Shown: in pieces, positions 25,801-39,667 of the stretch
Position numbering within the stretch: position 1 is the stretch's first letter
How the letters are laid out: every line of letters begins with the position of its first letter
Source of the DNA: Podarcis melisellensis
Taxonomy: Eukaryota
DNA: 64,000 bases
Assembly (NCBI GenBank): GCA_964234715.1
Contig: OZ174278.1
Strand: one strand, 5' to 3'
Program-made: the position numbers and the translations under genes
The notes under the pieces: model-generated
Databases searched by the model: none
The model's input: only the letters and a program-made list of their open reading frames with translations
Told to the model about the DNA's origin: nothing

Positions 25801-27029
25801 GCTTAGGAGACAAGCAGGCATTTTGGGGTAATCTACCTTGTTTGGGGGTTTTCTCCATCTACTGTGTACTGAATAGATGGGCGGTGTCACTGGATGGTCT
25901 GCTTTTGTTGTTAACTATGTCAATCTGGTCTTTAATTTATACACTTTTCATGGATGTACAGGAAGGGGAATAGTTGTGTTTCAGCCTTGTGATCCTAGTT
26001 CAGTTCAGCCTCTGCATCTTTCTCATTATTTAGCCATCAAATCACGAGGTTCTCCGCTGGATAGAAGTCTGTTCCACAAATGGAAGCTCTTACCATTTAT
26101 GGAAGAGCATGCCTGGATTCAGCCCAATAATTTTAGCAAACACAGGATGGAGTCAGGTTATCTACAGCCAATTATTACCGTTAAAAGGCTGGCAAGAATT
26201 CAGTCTTGGTTATTTGCTTCAATACTTCATACTGAATCTATACTAGTAATGAACTTATTAGAAGATATACACATTCATAGTATGTTTAAAATAACAATTC
26301 TAAATTTCTTTATTGATTAAGTGTGTATTTCAAAACACATTCTAGCAAAGCACCAATGAGTGTTGTTTTTCTGTCTGGGATTCTTGCAAAGTTATCTTGT
26401 GAATCACACAAGAGACACTCTCTTTAACAGACAAGCACAATTTCAGGCATGCTAATTTTACTTTAGATTTCACAGCTAGAGTATTTCAAGATAGGAAAAG
26501 GAAGCATTGCAATGTCATAATGAAACATAAAACAGCAGGGAGAAAACTACTTTTTGACTTATTCAGTAATTCCCTCTTCATGAAGAAATGAAAAATTCAT
26601 GAAAAATGACTATTTTGCAGGCTCACATTCTTTCCTAAACTAGTCTGACTGGTTCACCGAAAGGATAGCTTGGATAGGGAGAAGGGAAAAATAAAATGTT
26701 GCATTATTCTTATGTAATATCCAAAAGTAGGAAACTGATGCATATACAACTTCATATGATACACATCACACCAAACAGGAGGCAGGTGAGTTCTTATTAA
26801 TTATATATTATAATGTGACAAGAAGCATGAGAACAGGAATGACAAGTAATTGATTTCTCTCCCTCCTATACAAAAAAATTGTAAAAACGCAAGCTACAGT
26901 TGGACCTAGAGAAATCTACTCTTGGACTAGGATAAACCACAAGTATTATCCATGCCTGGTATGGATGTTTGCCAAGCAGAACAGAATTAACAGCCCAAAT
27001 ATAAGGAAACCAAAGTAGAAGTCTGCATA

Positions 27030-27160
27030 ACCCAGCCTTCCTAAAACTAGCACTATCAATGTTTTTGACTACATCTCCAATCACCCTGACCATGCTGGCT
27101 GAGACTGTTGGGAGTCGGGGTCCAACAACATCTGGAAAACCAAAGGTTCCATATCCCTAC
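27030..27160. mobile_element. Degenerate palindromic hAT-type MITE
   Basis: atgtttttgactacatctcc...ttgggagtcggggtccaacaacatctgg...ggttcc. Confidence 0.55.
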
Positions 27161-27234
27161 TTTTGAATGTCTGGCTTCAGCACAAAGTTCTCTGCCCTTG
27201 GATATTCTTTGTAAGTCCAGATAGGTTTGTTTTG

Positions 27235-27605
27235 CGGCATTGATGACCACACACTTGAGGTTTTAGACAATTTTGTCTACCTGGGTTCCACAACAAACAG
27301 TGACCTCTCTGCTGCACTAACATATCAGCAACACAGCTATAGCAGTGTCTCCAGTCTCCAAAAAGATGCGGGAGAATGTGATGCTAACATCCAATCACTT
27401 GCAGATGACTGCAGTGTCTGCAGACAGTCAGGTCATGCATCCATAGCAGTGACCAGAGGAGGAATGACTGCTGGGAGGAGTGCAGAGAGAAGAAACGCCA
27501 TTGTGCAACTGCAGTAGCACAACTAAATGCCTTCATCTGTCCCAGCTGCAAGAAAACATCTATCTCCTATATTGGTCTCTACAGCCACAGCAGGCACTGT
27601 AACGT
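27235..27605 (+). mobile_element. RTE-clade LINE relic (non-BovB), internally deleted
   Basis: IDDHTLEVLDNFVYLGSTT (post-RT FxYLG motif), then a C-terminal C2H2 finger FICPSCKKTSISYIGLYSHSRHC at ~27530-27600. Confidence 0.75.
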
Positions 27606-28263
27606 TTCAACCCATCAATTAACTGCTCAAATTCCTACTAACTTCTAAAAATTTCCCCAGGTCTCCAGCCTTATATTTGATGTAGTGGAAATGTAATTTT
27701 AAAATAATCTTATACAATTATTTTGCATAACCTTCTGATGTTTATGTCATAAAAATATAGTTGCTCATCTCAGGTATGTTCTCATGTGGGTAAGAAGCAA
27801 GAAGCAATAATACTAAAAAATAACAATTTTATAAATTTGGATGGCATTATTTTTGTGCAATGGTACTGTATTTTAATGATAAATTATTTAAAAGAAATCA
27901 TTCCCAATTTGTTACATTTTTCTCCTATGTCTTACATCAGAGTGTGGAACAATATAAGAGGTCAAAGGTCAAATCTTATGGAGCCAAGCATAGAGATAAT
28001 GGTCTTGTTCGCTCCTTCCTGATATTTTTGCTCCTACACTTTTATAAAAAAAATGTAGGTCAGTGGGTTCAGGTGGCAAACTATTGTACAGTAACATCTT
28101 GTTATGTAGAGTAGCAGCTTCAGAAGCAATTTAACTTTACTAATATGTGCCACTGGTTCATGTTGATTTGCCCCTTTAGGGAGAGCTACTGAAACGTCAA
28201 ATGAGTAATCATAAATACCTGTATGAAGGATCATTTTTGAAATTAGATTTAGATTTATGATGA

Positions 28264-28265
<2 letters not shown>

Positions 28266-28299
<34 letters not shown>
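28266..28299. repeat. (AC)17 microsatellite
   Basis: Perfect dinucleotide run. Confidence 0.97.
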
Positions 28300-28302
<3 letters not shown>

Positions 28303-30501
28303 TGGTTTGATTGATGACAGACTCATAGATTCAGGCAGAAGAGGTCAAGCTTAAACAACCTCTTATAAAAATTACTCCTGTGATTTTTTAAAAAAGGGAA
28401 ATTCAGTAACTATAGTATATTTCAGTTTTCAGAGAAATATTGACACCAAAGATTAATGGCCAAATTAAGCAACCACAGTGCAGAAAGCAAAACAAGGTTC
28501 TGAATATAAAAGCATAGGTTGCAAATACACATCTGAAGAGGGTGATATAAAGTGAATTTCTGATGTTGAGAAGCAGTAATACCCTTCGTCTACAGTAGTT
28601 CCATTAGGGCACAGGTGGCAAAGACAGAAAATTGTGAAGAAGTAGCAGACGAAGAAAGGGCAGCTACCTTTGGCTCTGATTTCACCCCTTTTGCACCCTT
28701 TTCCTCTGGCCCTGTTGCCCATTGGTATGCAACATCCGACAGATTACCCATGAGAGAATAAAAAGGTTTCCTGCCCCTGTCCTAGGATCTGGACCAGACA
28801 ACTCTTATCAGAGATAAAGATGTTCCATGTGTGCTAGACTGTTTCTGTGCACACCACTATGAGTTTAACAGACTAAAGTTTGGAAGCTTTCTCTCAGTAT
28901 GAAGGAGAGAAACAGGATTGTTGCTTTTTCTTGCTGGATGTGTGGAGGCCTGTTGGTAAAAACTGATACAGTAGTCATCTACCATCATATGTACTGTTCC
29001 TGAATGGTGGGAAGCACAATATTTGGAGTACATGAAACTGAATAGTGTAAAATCTAATCTATAACCCCTTTCAATGAAACAGAATTTTAATAACAATTTA
29101 GTACTCATGCTATACAGACCTTTCATGCACAGCCTTAAATCACATCACAATACTTAAATGTTCTCCGCTTTGTAGCCTGTTAATTTTTTTAAAAGGTGAT
29201 GTGTATAGCTTTCAAGGGAAAAGCATAAGTAAATGTTTATAGCTTATACGGAATAATCTACTTCTATTTATAAGCTTACAAGAATTCAAGTGCTTATTCT
29301 GTTTTTTAGACACTGAAGAAGTAAGACTTGGGTGTACTTATCCCTACTTTATATTCCAAAGCAATAATACCTAAATTCAGAGACATTTCTTATTTCCTCA
29401 AGCAAATGAATGCTCAAAATCAAATAGAATCGGATAACTGAGACTTGAACTTGGCACTCGGCACAGTATGGACAACCTAGTGCATGGCTATAGTTCTCCC
29501 TCGTTAAAGCATACCCTCTTTTATTTATTAAGCTTAAGACACTAAGGAGTGTGCAGGTACAGCTGAGAGCAGTGCAGGTACAAATACAAAAAGTATTCGT
29601 AAGTCATGGCTTTGCCTTGATTAATGGCAATTGGCAACCTGGAGAAAGCACACAAGAAACACTCAAGTTGAGGGGCTGTAGATGTTAATCACTTGACTTA
29701 CGAGCCCTCTTCAACTTTCAAGTCAGGATCAGAGCCACAGCAACAAGTGAATGGGGCTGACTGCCCTGGGGATAAGATGGCAGATCGTCTGCAGTCCCTG
29801 CTCACCCAGGGAGGTTTTAGGACACACATGCCCCGCCTGCTTGCAATTTCACATTCCATTTTGCATTTATTCCAAGGGTCTGCAATTCATTCTACTCTGT
29901 GGCATTCCCTGCTTCCCGCACCATTTAACATTTACTTATCAGGGTTGTGGCACTACACCATCCATTTTTAATAGTTTTACTGTGGTTGCATTCTTGTTGA
30001 CTAAGGCATTTTCTGGCAAATGGCAGGATTTTAAAATGTTTTAAAGAAAACAAAATAGAAGTATTTAATGGACGCAACACATAGTGCTCTTCCCCACATC
30101 CAGTATTCTGTGTGCTGCATATCTAATGTTAGCTCCTGTTAAAGAAGACACTGCCTCTTATCTTAACTTGCCATTTTCCCAGTGATCTTAAGTAAGAGTT
30201 TTACTTCAATTTGTGTGATATTGTGTGATACAGCTTCTCCTGTGGAAACATTTAACATGTATTAGTTTTTCACTACAGAGCTTTCAGTAGTTCATGGTGC
30301 CATGGAATATAAATTCACTTATTCCTTCAGTTAAGCTGGCCTCAATAAGGCCCTAAATTGGTTAAGTCTTATTCATTATAACCTTACTTTTATTACATCA
30401 ATCAAATGGATTTCAGGAACTGTTAATTTTATACAGCCATGTCTTACATTTTCCCCACAAAGACACCCTTGGAACTTCAAATCATGTTTGTGGCCCCACT
30501 C

Positions 30502-30528
30502 CAATCAATCAATCAATCAATCAATCAA
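30502..30528. repeat. (CAAT)n microsatellite
   Basis: Six full units plus CAA. Confidence 0.95.
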
Positions 30529-33500
30529 ATCACTTGCATATTTCTGTGAAGACATCTGCCAGTGAAGAAGCTGGTCAGGTTTTTGCATAAATCATCCCAG
30601 GGGTGTTGCTAGAATTGGTCCTGGATAATTTCCCAAGTGCCCAAAAATGTTTCTGAGTGGGTTATAAATTGAGGATAAATGGAATTGGGTAGCAATCTGG
30701 CTTGTTAAGAAGTATATTTATTTGGAGAAATAAAATTATTTAAGATTGTTTTATCCAGAGATGACTGCAGGCAATTCAGGGATAATTCAATTTTTGTTTG
30801 AAATCCCAAACAAAATCCTTACTTCCAAGTTCCCTTAAAATGTTACTTGTGTTTAAGATAGGTCTTTTTCACATTATCACTAATTTACTATTCTAAAGAT
30901 GTGTGAGGATAGTAATGTGCACTATGAATTAGGACTCAGAAATGGGTTTTTTATTTATCCGCTGTATAAACCTATATTCCAAGAAGTTGCACCTGTACAT
31001 CATTTTTTTAGAGAATGAAGAAGGTCACTAATCTCTACACCATCATAACTGAAAATGAAACTAGGCTAACAGAAGTCCTTTCCTTGTGTTACTCATGAGT
31101 TGGCAATTACAGATGATCCAACCTATGAGCAATGCTATTAAAATATGCAGACCATGAACTATCTGTATTGTTTTACCCTATTACTAAGACCTGAGGCTAC
31201 ACTATAGATACTAGGGATGGGATGTCATACAAGTTTTGTCTTCTCTCTCAATCCCTTTCCCCTCCACTACATACATGTATACAGGAAAAAACCTGCCTGG
31301 CCAGAGGCTGAACACAGGAAAAATATGACAAAACCATGCCAGTGGATTCACACTATTATATATAAAAAAGCTTTTTCTTGGGAGAGAAATTTTTATATTT
31401 CAGTTTCACTTGAATGAATGCATTGAAGAGGTGAGTTGGGAGGTAGGAAAATTGTATGTTTGTATGGCATTGTCCCAATAGTGGAAGAAATGATTTGCTC
31501 TTCTTCGTATTAGATTGAATTGTGTTTATAAGGTGTAGTGAAACTGCAGTTTTGTTAGGCTGTTTCTTGATTTAAAATGGTGGAGTGAAGGAAAAGCATC
31601 CTCTGTAATGACACTCCTGTCTACGATACAGATTTCCCTACACAAAGGGAATATGTACTATTAACAACGTCCATAGTGATTGGTACATCTGAGTACTATT
31701 ATTTGTATATCAAATGAAAGCACTCTGTAATGCGTCTGCCATTATGTTACATTACTTCAGAGATTAATTCAGCCTAGGAACTCTCAGATAATATGAACAC
31801 TTCTTGTCTTTGTCAGCCATTTATAGGATGAAAAATCCATGCCTCAAGAAAGGAAAAGCTTCATCAAGATATCTTGGTAGGCTGGTTATACTGATTTATC
31901 TTTATCTTTTGTTTTCCTTCTGTTGCTCCAGCAGATATGTAAGTGGAGAGGGAGTGTGGATAATGACAAGCAATTTCATTCTGGAACATGTGCATTGTTC
32001 AAAAAGATCTTATCAACTGAAATTGATTGCTAGTCTCTTCCAGTGCTTCAGGTTAGCTCTCACAGTCCCTTTTTATGAACCAATTCACTTAAAGTATTAA
32101 ATACTTTAAAAATAATTACGAAGAATGGCTTTTGATATGAAAGAGTTGCTGCCAGTATGATATGCAGCCATTCTCAGGAAACTATTTTCCCTGTGATGAT
32201 AGCCCAACTTGGAAGCATGTGGGTTAGAAAGAGCGAGGCCATTCACTGATCCTGCCTCCTCTATTGCATCGCCATGACTAGCCACACTCTTCCCCTCATG
32301 AAATTCAGTCTTGGGATTCAACATCTAGAATAAAGCTTATGGGTAAGAGGAATGACCTGCAGTATATGGAAAAGTTTTGAACATGCAGATGGGGTCAAAT
32401 GCTGAGTGAATTCCACTGTAGGCATACATTGCTTTAGAAAAGAAGTCAGACTCCTAGTTTTTTATCATTTATACTCCATTGCTATTCTGATAGCCAATTC
32501 ATATCACACAAATAAATATGATCACAAACATTTTTTGGTGTTTCTTTGCTTTTCAGAAATGAGAAAGAGGTCACTAATTGACATATGCTAACATAGAAAA
32601 CAATGCTAAGCACTCTACTCACAATGGTAAGCTGGCCTGCTGAAATAATAATTTAAAAAGATGTGATGAAGGCTTCTGAAAGTGGCTCAATAAAAGTAGG
32701 GGTTATTCGTTGCCTAGGACCTACAGTGTCCAGAAAATAATAGGAATTCAGTAAAATGTACTATACAAATATCATTAGGGTTCACTCTTCCTGGCGAAGT
32801 CCACTACTCCACTGTAATTTAGCACACATTTCAATTTCAAAAGGCATTTTCAATGTTATGATATGGTATATGTCTAAACATCAAATTTATTCTTATTATA
32901 AACCACTCAACCAAAGAGAGTTTAGCACATTTGTAAAGAAATTGCACACATGTTCTGCCATTCATACACTTTTCTTTCAATCATTTCAGCAATAAACTGT
33001 TAGAAAAGGAAATCAAGTAATTCCATTTCACATACAGGTTGGCAAAATTATAGGGGCATATAATTTATAAGTGCAAACCGCAGTCTAATTTCCAAAAAAG
33101 AAACTTGTAATAAAACTTTTAAGTTTGATGTAAAATAAACTTTTGCCTACTGAAGCAGAAATGTGAACTATAATGTAGTTATGCCAGTTGATTTATAAAA
33201 GGCATATTACTTACATCTAAGTAAATATGAACCTAAGAATTGTCATGCACATCTAAGTACCAGTGGGCTGACTCAAGACCAAAACTCTTATGGCATTACA
33301 TTCTTATTTATTTAAATATTTTAGGTCTTTCATTCCGAAGGCTAAGAATGAAGTGAAAATCAGTATAAGAATGGGGAAAAGGAAAATAGGGGTGGTAAAT
33401 AAACTATATATTCAAATTACAAATGACATTCCTTTCTTTGTAATGTGAAAATATAATAGCCCTGGCACCAATGGTATCTGTCTAAGCTGGTCCCATGTTT

Positions 33501-35564
33501 TGTTGGAGGAACTAGACATGGAAGAAGGGGTAAATTTCTTTACAGGTGCAATGTCAGCCAAGCCAGTTGCTATGGCAATGGCCCAGTGCTGTCTATATAA
33601 GTCATTAATGCACATCAGCTCAGCGGTCCGGGCGCTTGTGCTGAATGACAGTCAATAAGTCTGTCTGTGAATTGGAATATGTGTTACGTCTTGAATTGCT
33701 GGAGCAACAGATATACCTTGTGCTTGTATATATCTGTATCTGTATCTAAAAGCCTACAAGCTGTATGTATATATCAATGTATGTAACTGTATTACTGAAG
33801 CATAATCTTCTGCAGCAGTAAAACTGTTTAGACCTAAGCTGCCTGTGTGTGGTGATTGTAACTGTGGACAACTTTCGCTATGTGGATATCTTAGCTCAGA
33901 TTCCCAGCACCCTTGGCATTCATATATTAAGTGTGAGTGTCTATGAAGGAATCACACATGTCATGCAACAATAGAGCTCTAATTGGTACTAAAAGCCTGC
34001 TATCTCTATTAAGATCTTCTAATATGGCTCATAAATATTTCTACTTATTGAATCAAAAGTGGAAAGGGGATCAATAAAACCAACAAAAGTCTCTGGTTAT
34101 TGTTGTTTTTAATGTGAAGATATTTATGAATCAAATGATTCAGTATAAAATATTGATCTATAGCTGGCTCCAAACCCAGCCTGCTTGTCTGCCAATAAGT
34201 AATTCGTAAAATAAAGCAACCAGTTTCTGAATGGTTATTGCCATGAAAATAATACGTATATATGTTATTATTAATATACATAGGTAAGTGACTTATTATA
34301 TATAAATAAATCTGGACCCATTTCAGTCTACGTCCAGGTTGAATGGAACAAACTGGCTTTAGTTGTCCAGGAGAGGAGGCTGAAGTGTTACCCTGCTGGG
34401 CTTAATTTCTCAGCAGCTTTTTATACCATCATCCATAGCAGGGCTTCTTTCAGAGGGAGCTTACAGGAATTCAGTTCCAGAACCTCTCAGGTGGGTGCCA
34501 TTGCCATTCTAAAAGAATGAGGAAGATATTCCTGGTGACTTCTGGCACCTCTTTTTCTGATCTTCTGCATGTATATGTTTTACTGAGCTGGCTTGATGGG
34601 TTGGGAGTGGTTTTGCTCAAACCTTCAAGGCTGGTTTCAGAGGGAAGCATTGAGGGCTGATACTTCAACTTCCTGGCAGTTGTGCTATAGAGTGCTGCAG
34701 GATATCATATTGTCCCCAGTGAAGGGTGCAACTTTTCAGGAAAAGAATTCATAAGCTTCAAGATAAAAGTCATAGGGCACTGAGGAATTTAAGCAACATA
34801 CCCATTCCAGAGTAGGAGCAGCATTGTTGAGGTAAAAGGGCCTAGAAGAGGATTAAAAAACACACACATGCATTGCAGACCTGAGCAGGGGTAGTGGTGA
34901 TAAACCTTTATTCAAAATCACATCCTTTTACTCTCAGCTTGGACAGAGTAACCAACTTTGTAGAGAAGCACACTGCTCAGCTGTTCTGTAATCAATATGT
35001 GGAAGATCCTGGAATGTTAGCAAGTCCAGAAAATACATGTCTAAAAGAGAAATTATAAGAAGTCACTGCTAATCAACAAAGCTTCAAGATCTGCTTTCAG
35101 TAGGGATCATTTACACTCCAGATTTCCTGATCAGGAGCTTGAAAATGCAGCAGATTCCAAGGGAGATGCATTTGGTGCCAAATGTAAAAGGCATTGGATG
35201 CAAGCTTACCTGCCAAGGAACAACTGGGAATGCACTTCAAGGCTGCCAATATATAGATACTTCCAAAATGGGGCTAGAATTTCCCTGTGATACAGTGATT
35301 TTTTTCTAGAAAAATAGGTGCCCTTACTTACCATGAAGTTGTTACAATAAGTGTCACACTTTTTAACAACAACAACAACAATTCTTGCCAGTACTGCGTA
35401 CCCTTGAGTATCCCTAAAATAATAATCACTGCCTGTAAATATTGCTGCATGAACACATAGCAGAATTTCCAGGGACAAAATTTCCATTAGGGGACATTCA
35501 AAACACTTGTATGTCAGGGTAATATCATATGCCTCCTCCGTGTGAGGTCTGGAGTGTGGCAACA

Positions 35565-35885
35565 TGAAAATGGGCCTTTTCTGCAGTGGCTCCTCATTTG
35601 TGTAATGCTCTCCCTGAGGAGATCCAGCTGGCACCTTCATTATACACCATTAGGTGCCAGGCAAAAACATTCCTCTTCAACCAGGCCTTTGGCTGATTAA
35701 CATCTTATACCCCTTTTTAATCTGTTTGAAAGAGAGGGGATGTAGAGAGGGGAGTGTATTGCATTTTTTTGTTCTTTTTATTATTTATTTTGTGTTTTTG
35801 TATTGTGCTTTTATGTTGTGAGCCACCTTGAGATCTACAGATAGTGGGCAGTATACAAATTCAATAAATACAAACAAATAATAAA
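35565..35885 (+). mobile_element. L2 LINE 3' end
   Basis: gggccttttctgcagtggctcctcatttgtgtaatgctctccct (RAFSxxAPxLWNxLP-like), then a T-rich UTR, ttgtgagccaccttgag...gggcagtatacaaat and an AATA tail. Confidence 0.8.
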
Positions 35886-35954
35886 ATATTTTTCAGAAAC
35901 ATTTACAGGGATGTTTCCTAGCCACTCCATGTGGCATTAACTTTTAAACAAGGT

Positions 35955-36009
35955 AGAAGAAGAAGAAGAGGAGGAGGAGGAGGAGGAGGAAGACGACGAT
36001 GACGACGAC
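35955..36009. repeat. Compound trinucleotide repeat (AGA)n(GGA)n(CGA)n
   Basis: agaagaagaagaagaggaggaggaggaggaggaggaagacgacgatgacgacgac. Confidence 0.9.
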
Positions 36010-36055
36010 TTAAAAGCCATTGGACCACCTCATAATTATAAATGTAACTAAATTT

Positions 36056-36132
36056 AAAAAGGTAAAGGTAAAGGACCCCTGGATGGTTAAGTCCAGTCAA
36101 AGGTGACTATGGAGTGTGGAGCTCATCTTGCA
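36056..36132 (-). mobile_element. Sauria SINE 3' fragment
   Basis: (ACCTTT)n tail on the minus strand (aaaggtaaaggtaaagg), followed on plus by acccctggatggttaagtccagtcaaagg...gctcatct. Confidence 0.8.
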
Positions 36133-38469
36133 TTGGGCTAAATACTAAATATCTCCTACCCACAAATGACTTTTACAATATTCATCATTGCCTCTGTTTT
36201 TTTTTAATTATTATTTACTTTCATTGGAAGCACAGTCCCAACCTAAACTGAAACTCATTTTTATAAATTATATAAATCAATGCCAAAACTCATTTAACAA
36301 CATTCCTTTTTTTCTTTTAGACTGCTTTCACCATCCCAAATGAATGCAATATGTATAAAATCATTTATGAGGACCAAATGTATTGTTATTACCTAGGTGC
36401 TCTTTTGAAGCCTCTCAAATAGAAAATCTTTAAATGTAATGATACAGAAAAATGATACCATCTTAAAACAGAATGAGAGCTCCAAAGACTTTGGAGTTTA
36501 TGATTAAGAAATAACAGCCCTGGCATATTAATATATAGTGGATTAATTCTGTGGAACAGTTTTCAATTTTAGCTAATCCTGTTTGCAAAATCTTCATCAA
36601 CCAAACAGATGGATAGTATTATTAGAAGCAGAGTATTAAAGATGGATTATTGGAACGTCCAATATTTGACAAATGATAATGAGTTAAAACAGCTGAGAAG
36701 GAAAATCCTTTTGTCCTTTTATGAAAATCCTGATGGAGATGAACAAAATAAAAAAAACCAGATGACATTCTTGAGGGAAGTGAGGAGTGAAAGACAGAAT
36801 TAGATATGATAATTTCAGTGAATTCCCAAGATTCTCTTCAAAATGTCATGTGCTCTTAAAGAAAATCTTGAAAATCTGCTACAGCCAAGGATGAGGGTGG
36901 TAATTTTCATAAAGCTTTGAAAAAACTATTGTCCCCAAATGGAAACAAGGACATGAGACATGCATTATTCACATATGGCACAAATAAATACCCATCGCAT
37001 CATGGCTACCACTCTTTAGTAAAATGATACTTAGAATGAATACATCCTGTTGTCATCCCCGTTAAGCAATTCCACCCTGGTTCTTGTTCTGGGATCAACC
37101 AGTATCTGACCGTTGCTCATTGCACACAGTCCATTCAAAGAGGGAACTATAGGCAGCATAATCCATCTCACACTATCTAATCTATGAGGTCAATGAAGCT
37201 ACCAATGCTCTGTGGAAGACAAATCCCAGTTCCCTCATGCCAATTAGGTACAGCAGCCTTCACTGCTGTAGTGTCTCTGGGTGGTCACCAATATAATCCA
37301 GGTGATTTCATTTTGTACCAGCTTCTGTACTTCTTTCAAATGAAGACACACAGGAATATTCTAGTCAGTAGATGAACAGTGGATGAGTAGTAGAGACTAG
37401 GTCGCCCTTCTCCAGGTATGGTCTCTGCTGGTGTACTACCCTATGATGCACCTAGCACTTCCAAGTCCAGGAAAACCTCAAAGCTGCAAACTTGTCCTCC
37501 CAAATCAATAGTCAGCAGCAAAGCTCCATTTAGAGCAGTTGGTTTTCCTACCAAGAACCTTAATCTTATTTGGTTTAAGTCTCAGCTAGTTCAGCAAAAA
37601 TCCAGTTTAAAAAAACAGCTCCTAACCCCTATTTATGAGCATGGCAGCCTCCCTGGGGTTGGTAGATGAAGATGAAAGGTAAAGCCGTATACTGGTGACA
37701 TTGTAGCCTGTATCTCGGGATTTTCAGGCAAACGTTTCAGGAAAAGATGGAGTTCTGAGGCACCCTCTAGATTAAAAGCCATGTGATGGAGCAGAAATCT
37801 GTGCACACTTCCTTTTGGGAATATTGCTCCAAAAGGATTGGAATCACCATTATGCTGTGCCTAAGCTCAGCCCAGGAAGATGGGCCAGGAGAATACCATG
37901 GTCAGTGTTACTGAAAACTACTGAGAAGTCCATTCCCTGGCATTATCATTCTGGTGCATCCATCCTGCCATCCAGCACTTGTCTCTTGAAAAAGTCTTCC
38001 CATTCTGCATGGCAGCAGAAGCAAATGCATTAAACCCAATTCAGTCAAACTTCACACACCTTGTGAGCAATGATACAGTATAGTGTTCTTCCTCAAATTG
38101 GCATTCAAGATGAAAGTGGTATTGTCTGAATGCTTCATGCATTTCCACATACACATGTGACATGTACATGTCACCTTTGCAGTTCCCTCCCCTAAGTGGT
38201 GTATGGGATGCTGCAGGAAGTCAAGTAAACAAACATGACAATAAGCTTTTATAAATTAATACTTCTTTGTGCAGTGCCCTATTTTGAATACTGTACTAGA
38301 TGGACTTTTAGTTGGATGAAGCAGGGTACTTCTTAGTTAATAGGTAAAGACAGCTTTGCCATTTACTTAAATAGGACCAGCCTAATGTTTCAGGCATCAC
38401 AAACAAACCTAAAGGACATATTGAAATGTGAATGTGACTTTAGTGATAGAGAATCTTTCATGGAAGCTA

Positions 38470-38632
38470 CTTAAATACCAGGCCTTTGGTCTTTCAAATG
38501 TGTTTGTGGGAGATAGGTTATTGGTTTGTTTTTGTTTTATTATGTAATTTGTGTTCTCATTGTGTGTGTTCTTTACAGTTAACCACTGTGATTTTCAGAT
38601 GAACAGCAGTATACTAAAGAAATAAATACAAT
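38470..38632 (+). mobile_element. L2-like 3' tail
   Basis: accaggcctttgg...T-rich...aaccactgtgat...cagcagtatacta...aataaataca; resembles the element at 35565-35885. Confidence 0.55.
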
Positions 38633-39667
38633 ATTATAACAGCATGTAATCAGATGTGAAAGACATGACCAACTCTTCATAGGATTAAGCTATCCAGGTA
38701 GTAATTAAAAGACTGTGCTATATTCTTTTTAAAAAGAAAGAAAATGTCCAGGATATTCAGAAACAGCTTGAGATTATGTAGGTTTTTCGGAAGTACGTCC
38801 AAAGGAATTCAATGGCATTTACTCCCAAATGAGTGTGCAATGGATGGTGGCCTTATTGGTCAGCTAAAAATATTATTTTAAAAATCTGTAGTGCAGTTTG
38901 GAGAATGTTCACACAGCAGTGGTTGTGCAAATATGAAAATCAACCATTAAAACTCTAAGTGTAAAATGTTAAATCAGTCTACCTTGAGAGGGAGAAAACA
39001 GCTGAGACAAATTTAGGTATCATACTTGTTTATTTCTAAATTAGTTTGATATATATGTCTTTAAAAATACAGTGACCTAAATGCTGAATTACTAGCTTCA
39101 TCTTTTTGCACTTAGCAGTTTGTAAATCCTGCAAAGTTGGTTTCATCAAAAGATGTTGGGGTTTCTGAAAACCTTAGGTTTTATTGCCAAGTCTGCAAAA
39201 GCCATATTTTCCATGGATATCAATATACATACAGACACTAAAATGGCATATTTAACCCCCCCCCCGTGCCCCCGTTTCCCACATCCAGAGGAAATGCCAC
39301 TGAATAAAGAATTGTAGTCTGTTTTTTTCATAGTCTGTCACCCACAAAAGAAAAGAAAGCACATTGAAAACAGCAAAATAGGCTATTAAGCCCAGTATGT
39401 TAAAGGCACAGTACACCTTATGCAAATAATTCCTTGTAGTTTGCTTTAAGACTAAGATCAAGCCAGCTGTAGCACACATACATATAGCCTTGTGCAAGAA
39501 TATATTTAAATGCAGAGATTTTACAAGGACACACACGACATCAGCTTTAGCAATGTGACTAGAAAATTCCCAATACCTCTAGTTTTGAAAAGGAGTGCAT
39601 GCTTAATCTCACAAATGTTGCATTTTTAAAAAAACAAAAAGAGAAAACTGTTTTGTCATTAGTATAA

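Noticed and set aside
28465-28722. ORF containing DEGYYC, an Ig-domain-like motif
   Set aside because: Lacks the rest of an Ig fold pattern and a credible acceptor; does not match recalled NCAM2 Ig domains.
35955-36009. Triplet repeat readable as poly-Glu/Asp or poly-Pro/Leu
   Set aside because: Lies between an L2 tail and a SINE fragment with no exon context; a compound microsatellite.
38157-38174. Perfect 18-bp palindrome GTGACATGTACATGTCAC (and a 9-bp-arm palindrome at 2384-2402)
   Set aside because: Short enough to arise by chance in 64 kb; no supporting context.
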